A DNA stretch of 64,000 nucleotides from Clostridia bacterium (lineage in GTDB: Bacteria > Bacillota > Clostridia > UBA1381 > UMGS1253), in the NCBI GenBank assembly GCA_045636325.1, contig JAZTXH010000016.1, forward strand, positions 12,034-76,033, written 5' to 3'. Shown piece after piece: positions 1 to 9,330 of the stretch (its first letter is position 1; the number at the start of each line of letters is the position of its first letter). The position numbers and the translations under genes are program-made. The notes under the pieces were generated by a model. It saw only the letters and a program-made list of their open reading frames with translations, searched no databases and was not told the origin of the DNA.

Positions 1-387
1 GAAGGGCAAACTTTTAAAAAAGCAAAAGTAACCGATTTGTCAGTCAGAGAGCTTCATATTATAGATGCAATTGACAATTTAACGCAAAGCGGAAAAAACA
101 CAATGGCAAATGTGGCAAAGTTTTTGTCTGTAACGCCAGGTGCGTTTACGACTGCGGTAAACACTCTAGTTAAAAAAGGGTATGTTGAAAGAAAATACAC
201 CAATGAAGACCGCCGTATAATTTTTGTAACAATCACAGAGAAAGGTGAGGAGGTAAATAAAATACACGGTGAGTATCATAAGCAGATGGTTGAGTCGTTA
301 GACGAAGTGCTTGATGAAGAAAAGCTTGCGATTTTGTTAGAGTCTCTTAATAAACTTGGTGAATTTTTTAAAGAAAAGGCAGAATGA
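1..387 (+). CDS. MarR family transcriptional regulator (5' end runs off the window)
   Basis: The frame is open from base 1. The winged-helix MarR-like sequence includes 'NVAKFLSVTPGAFTTAVNTLVKKGYVERK...DRRIIFVTITEKG'. Confidence 0.8.
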   Translation, partial: EGQTFKKAKVTDLSVRELHIIDAIDNLTQSGKNTMANVAKFLSVTPGAFTTAVNTLVKKGYVERKYTNEDRRIIFVTITEKGEEVNKIHGEYHKQMVESLDEVLDEEKLAILLESLNKLGEFFKEKAE

Positions 388-392
388 AACAA

Positions 393-419
393 AAGGGGAG
401 ATTAAAAATCTTCCCTTTA
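393..419 (+). terminator. Hairpin after the MarR gene
   Basis: AAGGGGAGATT / AATCTTCCCTT stem followed by a T-rich tail. Confidence 0.45.
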
Positions 420-493
420 ACAGTATATAAAGTAAATATAAAATATTATTTTGGGTATAAATAATTTTAATTAACATACCTTGGAGGGATTAG

Positions 494-1348
494 ATGAGTT
501 TTGAAATTTTTACAGACACATCCTGTTCACTGGATTTAGACACATTAAATAAATATAATATTAAAGTTGTTGTTTCACCTATATTTATAAACGGGGAAGA
601 ATTTGTTATAAAAGATATAAATAAAGATATGCCTTATTTATATGAACAAATGAGAAATAAGGTAGACGTTAAAACTTCGCTTATAAATACAGATAAATTT
701 ATCGAGGCATTCGAGCCATTTTTAAAAGAGGGTAAAGATATTTTTTATACAGGTCTTTCGGGTGGCCTCAGCGGCACGTATTCTTGCGCTGTTACTGCGG
801 CGGAGCTTCTTAAAGAAGATTATCCTGAAAGAAAAATTATGGTAGCAGATTCAAAAAGTGTATCGTGGGGAATAGGACTCATTGTTATAAAAGCCGCTCA
901 GATGAGGCAGGAAAATAAGAGCATAGAAGAAATAAACGATTATGTTAATTTTGCTGCAGCAAGGATGAATCATATTATTATGATAGACGATTTGTATTAC
1001 TTAAAGCGTGGTGGCAGAATTTCCTCTGCGGAGGCATTTTTCGGAGAGCTTGCGAAAATCAAACCCCTTTGCGTTATTAACGGCGAGGGAAAAGTTGAAA
1101 TTACGGGAAAGGTATCCGGTAAAAAGCGTGCGCTTTCCAAAATTGTTGAGGATTCGCAAGGTCTTATTGAAACAGACGGCTTGATTGCCGTTGCTCACTG
1201 TGGATGCGATTACGATGCTTTAAGCCTAAAAGAAAAGGCGCAAAAAGTACTTTCAAACGAGATTATTATAGGTTATGTTGACCCGGTTATTTCAAGCCAT
1301 GCAGGCCCTGATGCGTTAGCTCTTATATTCATCGGAAAAGAAAAATAA
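494..1348 (+). CDS. DegV family fatty-acid-binding protein
   Basis: 284 aa. It has the DegV-like N-terminus 'FEIFTDTSCSL', the typical length, and a GGAGG RBS upstream. Confidence 0.85.
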   Translation: MSFEIFTDTSCSLDLDTLNKYNIKVVVSPIFINGEEFVIKDINKDMPYLYEQMRNKVDVKTSLINTDKFIEAFEPFLKEGKDIFYTGLSGGLSGTYSCAVTAAELLKEDYPERKIMVADSKSVSWGIGLIVIKAAQMRQENKSIEEINDYVNFAAARMNHIIMIDDLYYLKRGGRISSAEAFFGELAKIKPLCVINGEGKVEITGKVSGKKRALSKIVEDSQGLIETDGLIAVAHCGCDYDALSLKEKAQKVLSNEIIIGYVDPVISSHAGPDALALIFIGKEK

Positions 1349-1446
1349 AAAGGAAATCTATAAAAATTCACAGACCATTAGATGGCTGTAGTATAATATG
1401 TAAAGCATTTGAATAAAAGCTCAAGTGCCTTAAATTGATTTTTTTG

Positions 1447-1475
1447 TTGCAAAAGGAAAAAACTTATGGTAATAT
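1447..1475 (+). promoter_or_regulatory. Sigma-A-type promoter for glnA
   Basis: TTGCAA, 17-nt spacer, TAATAT, with TG immediately upstream of the -10. Confidence 0.45.
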
Positions 1476-1532
1476 ATATTTAAGTATTTAAGCTACGAAA
1501 AATTGATTTAATATTATAAGGAGAGGTGCTTT

Positions 1533-2957
1533 ATGAAAAAAACAGTACAGGATATTCTTAATATTATTAAAGAAAATGATATTAAGATGGTAGATTTTAA
1601 AATGGTTGACATTAACGGTCAGTATCGCCATGTTACCATTCCTGCCGGCAACTTTTCTGAAAAGACAATGAAAAACGGTATAGGGTTTGATGCTTCAAAC
1701 TATGGATATGCAGTGGTAGAAAAGAGTGATATGGTATTTATTCCTGACCCTGACACTGCGGTTATTGACCCCTTCTGTCAGATTCCTACACTGTCTATGA
1801 CAGGTAATGCAATGATTATTGATAATCCGGATAACAGGCCTTTAAACCAGTATCCGAGAAATATTGTGCATGCGGCCCAACAGTATATGAAGGATTTGGG
1901 AATAGCAGATGAAATGCGTATTTTGCCCGAGTTTGAGTTTTATCTCTTTGACCAGGTAGGATGGGAGGTTAGCCCCAATTCTATAGGAATGACGCTTGAT
2001 GCTTGTCAGGCACACTGGAACAGCGCTGTTGAAGGAAGCGGCACAGTTGTTTCAAAGCAGAAAAACTATCATGTTGCAAAGCCTTTTGACGTATCATATG
2101 AGGCAAGAAGCGAAATGTGTATGTTAATTGAAGAAGCAGGAATCAAGCTTAATTATCACCATCCTGAGGTTGGTGCGGCAGGTCAGTTTGAAATTGAGCC
2201 TGAGCTTGGAGAAATGACAAAAATGGCTGATGCCACAATGATTATAAAGTATATAATCCATAATGTTGCTAAGAAATACGGCATGTCTGCAACCTTTATG
2301 CCAAAGCCTGTTATGGGTGAGGCGGGTAATGGTATGCATGTTCATATGCTTTTGTTTAAAGATGGGAAACCCGTATTCTCAGATGATAACGGATATTCAA
2401 ACTTAAGCCGTGAGGCGCATTATTTTATGGGTGGTCTTTTAAAGCATATTGCGTCTCTTTGTGCTATCACAAATCCAAGCACCAACTCATTTAAAAGACT
2501 TGTTCCCGGATTTGAAGCACCCGTTACTGTTGGTTATGCAACATCCAATAGAAGTGCGGTTATCAGAATTCCTGCTTATGCAAAATCACCTGAATTAAGA
2601 CGTTTTGAATTAAGAAATCCAGATGCAACATGTAATCCGTATTTCTGTTATGCAGCAATTCTTATGGCAGGTCTTGATGGTATTAAAAATAAGATTGATC
2701 CTCACGAAAACGGATGGGGACCTTACGATATGAATCTGTTCCATTTAAGTGACGAAGAAAAGTCAAAATTAAAGCATCTTCCCGCATCGCTGGATGCAGC
2801 CCTTGACGCACTTGAAAAGGATAATGATTATTTAACAGCAGGCGGAGTATTCCCCAAAGAACTTATTGATAACTTTATCAAAACAAAAAGAGAAGAATGC
2901 CGTAAGATGTCTCAGATTCCTCATCCTGCAGAATTTGAAAAATACTATAATTTATAA
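1533..2957 (+). CDS. glnA: Glutamine synthetase, type I
   Basis: 474 aa. GS motifs 'FDASN', 'HHPEVGAAGQFEI' and 'NGMHVHM' are present, with a GGAGAGG RBS. Confidence 0.93.
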   Translation: MKKTVQDILNIIKENDIKMVDFKMVDINGQYRHVTIPAGNFSEKTMKNGIGFDASNYGYAVVEKSDMVFIPDPDTAVIDPFCQIPTLSMTGNAMIIDNPDNRPLNQYPRNIVHAAQQYMKDLGIADEMRILPEFEFYLFDQVGWEVSPNSIGMTLDACQAHWNSAVEGSGTVVSKQKNYHVAKPFDVSYEARSEMCMLIEEAGIKLNYHHPEVGAAGQFEIEPELGEMTKMADATMIIKYIIHNVAKKYGMSATFMPKPVMGEAGNGMHVHMLLFKDGKPVFSDDNGYSNLSREAHYFMGGLLKHIASLCAITNPSTNSFKRLVPGFEAPVTVGYATSNRSAVIRIPAYAKSPELRRFELRNPDATCNPYFCYAAILMAGLDGIKNKIDPHENGWGPYDMNLFHLSDEEKSKLKHLPASLDAALDALEKDNDYLTAGGVFPKELIDNFIKTKREECRKMSQIPHPAEFEKYYNL

Positions 2958-2963
2958 TAAATA

Positions 2964-3005
2964 AAGAAGCAAAGCATCCGAATTTTTTGGATGCTTTGCT
3001 TCTTT
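2964..3005 (+). terminator. Rho-independent terminator of glnA
   Basis: Perfect 16-bp stem AAGAAGCAAAGCATCC / GGATGCTTTGCTTCTT followed by a short T tract. Confidence 0.85.
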
Positions 3006-3390
3006 GACTGATGAACGGCACGACGAGCATTTATGGTTTTTATTTTCCTTAATTTAAATTAATTCATAAAATTTCAGGATACTGGCAATGAAACGGGAAT
3101 TTAAGAATATGTTCGTCGTATGCGTATAAAATTAGGGTTTGAAAGTAATATTTATTCGTTTCTTGAGGTGCAGACTTGAAAAATCATCCCGATTATAAAG
3201 AGGGATGAAATCTTGAGACTATAGGAATTATAAGTGACGGACTTTAAAAAAGCAAGGTTTTTCCATTATGCGTATGGCGTGTCTGATGGTAGTGATATTT
3301 TAAAAAACTTTGGCAACAAGTTTTTGCGTTTGAACCGTTCTCACAATTGTTAGATTCTTCGTATAAAAAAATTTTTTAGGGGGGGCAAGT

Positions 3391-3927
3391 TCATCTTCCC
3401 ATGTAACTTTTTGGGTTATTTATTTTATTTACCGCTGCCATAACAGAAGGAACTAAAATAAGCTGAATTATAATTCCGGGAATAGCATGTATAAATGCAT
3501 TTGTTAAAAATGCAGAAAGAATAAAAATTCCTTTTAAACTAAGCAAAATAAATTGTGTAACTCCCGATACGATCCTACCCGCAAGCATTGCAGGAATCAG
3601 TGACATGTAAACCCCGATAGTGTTTTTCCTTTTAAGGCTTTTATATATAATGCCAATCACAAACCCGTATGTAGCAAGCTCAAATGCCATTGAAATTGCC
3701 TGAGGATACATGACAGGCATTGAAAAAAGTGACGAGCGCAAAAGCGGAGTAATAAAACCAACTGTAATGCCGTATTGCCAGCCGCAAATAAGGCCGCAGA
3801 ACAAAATTGGAAGATGCATTGGCAAGAACATACTGCCAAGCTGACTAAGTTGGCCCGTTAAAAACGGAAGCACAAGTCCGATTGCAATAAACATTGCAGA
3901 AAGAACCAGTTTTTTTGTTTTGCTCAT
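3391..3927 (-). CDS. ECF transporter S component (substrate unknown)
   Basis: Multi-TM protein with an 'LPMHLPILFCG' motif typical of ECF S components. I placed the start at MSKTKK, behind a GAGGTGAG RBS. Confidence 0.7.
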   Translation of the reverse strand: MSKTKKLVLSAMFIAIGLVLPFLTGQLSQLGSMFLPMHLPILFCGLICGWQYGITVGFITPLLRSSLFSMPVMYPQAISMAFELATYGFVIGIIYKSLKRKNTIGVYMSLIPAMLAGRIVSGVTQFILLSLKGIFILSAFLTNAFIHAIPGIIIQLILVPSVMAAVNKINNPKSYMGR

Positions 3928-4013
3928 TTCACTCACCTCATTTTCTAAAAAGACTATTTTCAAGCGAATATAAACTAAAATATGGCTAAAATGTATTATT
4001 TATCGTTATTTTC

Positions 4014-5300
4014 TTATGGTTCCTCGGCTTCTTGGGTATCAGGATTGTTTTTTGCGGTTTCGCTGTCATAAAGGCGAATCATTTGGTCGATATTCCAGGG
4101 CATACGCATAAAATATTCTTTGCCCGCCTCTTTTGTGCCGAGCTCACTGTAGCAGTAAACAATTACATCTGTTACACCTTCGTTTTTAGCTTTGTTTAAA
4201 TATTTTGAAATTTCAGCAGTATCATCAAAGGCAAGAAGTGCGTGATTTTCAGCAAGAGCCTTTTCGTATTTATCTGAATCTGCCATAAACATAATTCCGT
4301 CTTTTTGCATAATCCGGTCTTTTCCAAGCTCTTTATCATAAATCATATATATTTTATCAATGGTTTTTGAGGTAATCTCTTTTGAAATTGCATCTAAAGA
4401 TGCATCTGCAATTTCTTTTACTTTTATATCCGTTTTTCTGCCGAAAGATTTTTTATGCGTGTCTATTTCTTTCGGAAGTTCAATTGACTTTAATGCCTTA
4501 CAGTTTTTAAATGCGTTTTTTTCAATTTTTTTAACCGAATCCGGAACAAATACAGAATAAAGTTGGTCACAGCCGTAAAATGCACGTGTGCATATTTTTG
4601 TTACGGCATTTGGGATATTAAGTGTCTGCACGCCATCACATTCTTCAAATGCACCCTCTGAAATTTCCTTTATACCTGCCGGAAGTGTCAGAGTTTCTAT
4701 AGCGCGGCAGTTTTTAAATGCATAGTCTTTAATTGATGTGATATTATCGTGAAGAAGTATATTTTTTAATGATTCACAGTTTTCAAATGTAGAATATGAA
4801 ATTTCATTTACCCTTGTGGGTATTGAAATATTATCAAGCTTTTTACAGTCAGCAAAACATCTTGCGCCTATTTTGTCTGTATTGGGGCTAAAGATTATCT
4901 CTTCAAGGGATACACAGCCCTTAAATGCATTGTCGGGAAGATATGTAACCGATTCTGGAATTAAAATGTTTTTTATTGACTTGCATTTTTCAAATGCGCT
5001 TATCCCAATTTTTTTAATAGATGCAGGAATAATAACTTCCTCTGCTGTTGTGCATTTGTAAAATGCTTTTTCGCCAATGGCAACAACCGGTTTTCCATCA
5101 TAGGTTTCAGGTATGGTTATAGTGTTATTTACGTCAAAAAGTGCGTGATTGTATGATACAACTCTGTAACCCCCTTCATAAGGCTCATACTTAAAGCTGG
5201 ATTTTCCGGGGATTATAAACAGTGCAATCACAATGGCTATTATAATAATTACTAAAGGCATCAAACTTCTTTTCTTTTTTGCTTGTTTTCTTTCTGACAT
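4014..5300 (-). CDS. Membrane-anchored leucine-rich repeat (BspA-like) surface protein
   Basis: N-terminal TM anchor, then about 23-aa repeats of the form 'I.IP.SV..I...AF..C..L..I'. Confidence 0.8.
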   Translation of the reverse strand: MSERKQAKKKRSLMPLVIIIIAIVIALFIIPGKSSFKYEPYEGGYRVVSYNHALFDVNNTITIPETYDGKPVVAIGEKAFYKCTTAEEVIIPASIKKIGISAFEKCKSIKNILIPESVTYLPDNAFKGCVSLEEIIFSPNTDKIGARCFADCKKLDNISIPTRVNEISYSTFENCESLKNILLHDNITSIKDYAFKNCRAIETLTLPAGIKEISEGAFEECDGVQTLNIPNAVTKICTRAFYGCDQLYSVFVPDSVKKIEKNAFKNCKALKSIELPKEIDTHKKSFGRKTDIKVKEIADASLDAISKEITSKTIDKIYMIYDKELGKDRIMQKDGIMFMADSDKYEKALAENHALLAFDDTAEISKYLNKAKNEGVTDVIVYCYSELGTKEAGKEYFMRMPWNIDQMIRLYDSETAKNNPDTQEAEEP

Positions 5301-5472
5301 AATATATCCTCCGACTAAACATATTTTTTGTTATTATATAGCAATTTTTAAAAAATGTCAATAGCGGCCTTAGTGTGCCTTTGAGTATATATGCGTAAAG
5401 ATAAAATCAATTTTACTTATAGATAAAAATGTGATAAAAATAGATTTGAATAAAAAAGGGGGGGTATAAAAA

Positions 5473-5650
5473 ATGAAGGCGCATAAAATTGCGGTAATCG
5501 GCGGCGATGATATCGGCGCGAAGCTATTGATGAGTGGGCTAAGGTTTTAAAAGAGGTTGCGGCTCTTTACAGAAGCTTTGATTTTAAATTTGCTTATTTC
5601 CTGCGGGGATGCGAGTATTACAAAAAATATCCAAGGCAAGTAAAAATATA
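5473..5650 (+). pseudogene. N-terminal remnant of a tartrate/isopropylmalate/isocitrate dehydrogenase family gene (frameshifted, truncated)
   Basis: 'MKAHKIAVIGGDDIG' is in one frame and 'EAIDEWAKVLKEVAALYRSFDFKFAYFLRGCEYYKKY' is in the next. The reading frame ends about 60 codons in, at the spoVG terminator. Confidence 0.55.
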
Positions 5651-5680
5651 GAGGGAGAGAATAAAAATTCTCTCCCTCTA
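5649..5680 (-). terminator. Terminator of spoVG (usable in both directions)
   Basis: TAGAGGGAGAGA / TCTCTCCCTCTA perfect stem flanked by A/T runs. Confidence 0.8.
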
Positions 5681-5684
5681 TATT

Positions 5685-5972
5685 TTACTCATCTGCTGCA
5701 TCTTCAGCTGAAAATTCCTGCGCTGCTTCGTGATACTTTTCAAGAATTGCTTCCTCAAGTTCGCGACGCGTAAGCGCGTTTATCGGATGTGCAATGTCTT
5801 TAAATTCACCCTCGGGTGTTTTTCTGCTGGGCATTGCAACAAAAAGCTTTTCGTTTCCTTCTATAACCTTGATGTCGTGAATCACTATGGCGTCGTCAAA
5901 AGTAACTGAAATTATAGCTTTCATCTTCCCTTCGGAATTCAGTTTTCTGACACGGATGTCTGTTATTTGCAT
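5685..5972 (-). CDS. spoVG: Septation protein SpoVG
   Basis: '[11 protein letters not shown]...[21 protein letters not shown]...[22 protein letters not shown]' is diagnostic. Confidence 0.95.
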   Translation of the reverse strand: MQITDIRVRKLNSEGKMKAIISVTFDDAIVIHDIKVIEGNEKLFVAMPSRKTPEGEFKDIAHPINALTRRELEEAILEKYHEAAQEFSAEDAADE

Positions 5973-6295
5973 ACGACCTCACCGCCTTATTAAATTCAGA
6001 CCGAATATCCTTTCTTTTTTCGTTATTAATCGGCCACTAACATATATATTATCCAATAAAACAATTTTAAAGTCAACAATTTTTAACATATTTTCTTTGT
6101 TAAACTTAATTTGTTAACAAAAAGTTTACAACTAATTATGAAAATATGTTAAAAACGCACAAAAGAAAAAAATTTTTACTATAGAAAAATTTTATTAAAA
6201 TGTAAAAAAACTGTTTTATTTTTCTGTTATTTAGTGTATAATAATATTTAAGGAATTTAATAAATATTTCTAATGGCTTCGAAAGGAATAAAAAT

Positions 6296-7675
6296 ATGAA
6301 TAATTTTTATCTTGAAAATATAAATCCAAATTCAAAAATTCACTTTGTAGGCATTGGCGGAATAAGCATGAGCGGTCTTGCAAGAATAGTTATGCAAAAG
6401 GGATTTCGTGTAAGTGGCTCTGACATATCAGAAAGTAAAACAGTTGTCGCCTTAAGAGAAACAGGCGCTGAGATTTTTATAGGGCACAAGGCAGAAAATG
6501 TTTTTGGTGCTGACCTTTTGGTTTATACCGCCGCAGTAAAGCAGGATAATCCTGAGCTTGTGTATGCAAGGGAAAACAATATTTCTTCAATTGAACGGTC
6601 AATGCTTTTAGGCGCTATAATGCGCGGCTTTAAAAACAGCATAGGTATTGCCGGCACACATGGTAAAACTACAACTACTTCCATGCTTTCTCATGTGCTT
6701 CTTGCATGCGAGCTTGACCCCACAATCACAATCGGCGGTGAGCTTGATGCTATCGGCGGAAACATACGGGTTGGTAAAAGCGATTACTTTTTAACAGAGG
6801 CTTGCGAATACCATTGTTCTTTTCTTGAGTTTTTTCCAAGTATTGCAGTTGTAACCAACGTTGATGCAGACCATCTGGATTATTTCCGCAATTTAGACCA
6901 CATCAAGCAGGTTTTCACAGATTATCTTGCAATTCCCGATGAAGACGGTTTTGCCGTTGTTTGCGGTGATGATAAAGATGCAATGGAGTGTATTGGCATG
7001 GTAAGAGGTGAAATTTTAACCTATGGCTTAAGCGATGAGAATACCTTTTGTGCTCAGAATTTAAAATTTAATGAAAAAGGCCAAGGCATTTTTGATGTTG
7101 AATATGATGGCGAAATTATTTCAGTTAAGCTTAATGTATCAGGTAAACACAATGTGTTAAACGCGCTTGCCTGCTTTGCCGTAGGATATGCTTTAGGGCT
7201 TGACGGAAAAAATGTAAAAGAGGGGGTTGAAGCCTTCAGCCTTGTGCATCGCCGTTTTGAAAGAAAGGGTTTTGTAAATGAAGCTTTGGTAATTGACGAT
7301 TATGCACATCACCCAACAGAAATCAGATGCACACTTGAAACTGCAAAAAATATTACTAAAGGTAAGTTGTATGTCGTTTTTCAGCCTCATACATACACAA
7401 GAACAAAAGCTCTTTTTGATGAATTTGAAAAAGCCTTTGATATGGCTGATGAAATTCTTTTTACAAATATTTATGCTGCACGTGAAAAGGATACAGGACT
7501 TGTAAATTCAGCACAACTTGCTGAGGCTGTAAAGAAGAGAGGTAAAATCTGCTTGTTTGTTCAAAGTTTTGACGAAGCTGAAGAATATATAAGAAAAAGT
7601 ATCTGTAAAGACGATTCTGTTATATGTATGGGGGCAGGAGATATATTTAAACTATCTGAAAGTCTAATCAAATAA
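6296..7675 (+). CDS. murC: UDP-N-acetylmuramate--L-alanine ligase
   Basis: 'HFVGIGGISMSGLA', 'GTHGKTTTTSM' and 'DDYAHHPTEI'. Confidence 0.95.
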   Translation: MNNFYLENINPNSKIHFVGIGGISMSGLARIVMQKGFRVSGSDISESKTVVALRETGAEIFIGHKAENVFGADLLVYTAAVKQDNPELVYARENNISSIERSMLLGAIMRGFKNSIGIAGTHGKTTTTSMLSHVLLACELDPTITIGGELDAIGGNIRVGKSDYFLTEACEYHCSFLEFFPSIAVVTNVDADHLDYFRNLDHIKQVFTDYLAIPDEDGFAVVCGDDKDAMECIGMVRGEILTYGLSDENTFCAQNLKFNEKGQGIFDVEYDGEIISVKLNVSGKHNVLNALACFAVGYALGLDGKNVKEGVEAFSLVHRRFERKGFVNEALVIDDYAHHPTEIRCTLETAKNITKGKLYVVFQPHTYTRTKALFDEFEKAFDMADEILFTNIYAAREKDTGLVNSAQLAEAVKKRGKICLFVQSFDEAEEYIRKSICKDDSVICMGAGDIFKLSESLIK

Positions 7676-8014
7676 TTATAAAAAGAAAATTATTGACACT
7701 GATACTTGAAATGTTTGTAATAGATTGGAGGTGTGTTTTCTTTTGATACACCTTATATTGTTATTAATATTTATATTGCAGTTAAAGTGGTAAATTCAGC
7801 CGGAAAGATAATTGACTTGGATTCAAATTTGTGTACGTATATAAAAAGCCTTTCTCGGAAAAAACGGTTCACAAAGGAACAAGAACCATTTACACTGTAG
7901 GATTTGACACCTTTGAATTTAAAAAGAAGAAAATAAATGAAGCATATACTTAGAAGTACGATTTGAATAAAATGGAATATAAAGTATTAGTGTATTATAA
8001 AACTCGTAAATTTT

Positions 8015-8045
8015 AAAGCCGATGAAGAAATCCTTCATCGGCTTT
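8015..8045 (-). terminator. Terminator downstream of the sugar ABC ATPase gene
   Basis: AAAGCCGATGAAG / CTTCATCGGCTTT stem. Confidence 0.75.
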
Positions 8046-8063
8046 AAATATTGAAATTTCCAA

Positions 8064-9173
8064 TTATAAAATAGAAACCTGTGTTTCTTTGTCAAACAAA
8101 TGAATTTTGTTAGGATCAAATGCAACCTTAAGAATGTCACCTGATTTAGCTGTTGTGTCAGGCTTAACTCTTGCTGTGCAACTTGTGCCTTCAATTGTAA
8201 GGTAAAGGTATGTTTCAGCACCCATCATTTCTGTGATTTCAACCTTAGATGTTACCTGTGTTCCAACATTTTCAGCAAGGAAAGCTTCCTCGTCATAAAT
8301 ATCTTCAGGACGGATACCCAAAACAACTTCCTTACCAACATAGCTCTTGTCAAGCGCTGCAGCCTTAGCAGCAGGAAGAGCAATCTTAGACTGGCCAACT
8401 GCCAAAACGATTTCGCCCTGACCTTCGTTTTCAACCTTAGCATCAATAAAGTTCATCTGGGGGCTGCCGATAAATCCTGCAACGAACATATTGCAAGGAT
8501 TAGAATATAGGTTAGCAGGAGAATCAACCTGCTGAATGATACCATCTTTCATAACAACGATACGGCTACCCATTGTCATAGCTTCTGTCTGGTCATGAGT
8601 AACGTAGATAAATGTTGTCTGTAACTTCTGATGAAGCTTACCAATTTCAGTTCTCATCTGAACACGAAGCTTAGCATCAAGGTTTGATAGAGGCTCGTCC
8701 ATAAGAAATACCTTAGGCTCACGCACAATAGCACGACCTAAAGCAACACGCTGTCTCTGACCGCCTGAAAGAGCTCTGGGCTTTCTGTCAAGCAAATGCT
8801 CAATGTCAAGAATAGCAGCGGCTTCATGAACTCGTCTCTTAATTTCTTCCTTTGGAGTCTTTCTTAATTTAAGGCCGAAAGCCATGTTTTCAAATACTGT
8901 CATATGAGGATATAGCGCGTAGTTCTGGAAAACCATCGCAATATCTCTGTCCCTGGGAGATACTTCATTTACAAGTCTTCCGTCAATCTTTAACTCACCG
9001 TCACTGATTTCTTCAAGACCTGCAATCATTCTAAGAGTTGTGGATTTACCGCAACCTGAAGGACCTACCAAAATAATAAATTCCTTATCTGCAATTTCAA
9101 GGTTAAAGTCGCTTACCGCAACAACACCACCAGCATATCTTTTATAGATACCTTTTAAACTTAAGTCTGCCAT
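8064..9173 (-). CDS. Sugar ABC transporter ATP-binding protein (MsmX/MalK/UgpC type), orphan
   Basis: Walker A 'GPSGCGKST', signature 'LSGGQRQR', and a C-terminal TOBE-like domain. No permease or binding-protein genes lie next to it. Confidence 0.9.
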   Translation of the reverse strand: MADLSLKGIYKRYAGGVVAVSDFNLEIADKEFIILVGPSGCGKSTTLRMIAGLEEISDGELKIDGRLVNEVSPRDRDIAMVFQNYALYPHMTVFENMAFGLKLRKTPKEEIKRRVHEAAAILDIEHLLDRKPRALSGGQRQRVALGRAIVREPKVFLMDEPLSNLDAKLRVQMRTEIGKLHQKLQTTFIYVTHDQTEAMTMGSRIVVMKDGIIQQVDSPANLYSNPCNMFVAGFIGSPQMNFIDAKVENEGQGEIVLAVGQSKIALPAAKAAALDKSYVGKEVVLGIRPEDIYDEEAFLAENVGTQVTSKVEITEMMGAETYLYLTIEGTSCTARVKPDTTAKSGDILKVAFDPNKIHLFDKETQVSIL

Positions 9174-9288
9174 TTTAAAAATTTCCCCTTTCTTGCATAC
9201 GCAAGTTATTTAACATATACCATTATACCATACTCTTTTTTAAATTCATAGAGGCTGATTCAATAAATTTTCACCCTATTTTTTAGTA

Positions 9289-9322
9289 AAATTGCACAAT
9301 ACTTGGAAACATTGTGCAATTT
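9289..9322 (-). terminator. Terminator downstream of the EF-G paralogue
   Basis: AAATTGCACAAT / ATTGTGCAATTT stem. Confidence 0.6.
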
Positions 9323-9330
9323 CTTAATTA

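Noticed and set aside
7727-7793. Possible 16-codon hydrophobic peptide (TTG..MIHLILLLIFILQLKW) after murC, suggestive of a type I toxin
   Set aside because: The nearby promoter-like TTGACA/TGTAAT would start transcription at or after the GGAGG. The start codon is TTG with 11-nt spacing. The GGAGGTGT/ACACCTT hairpin is equally well explained as the murC terminator. There is too little evidence.
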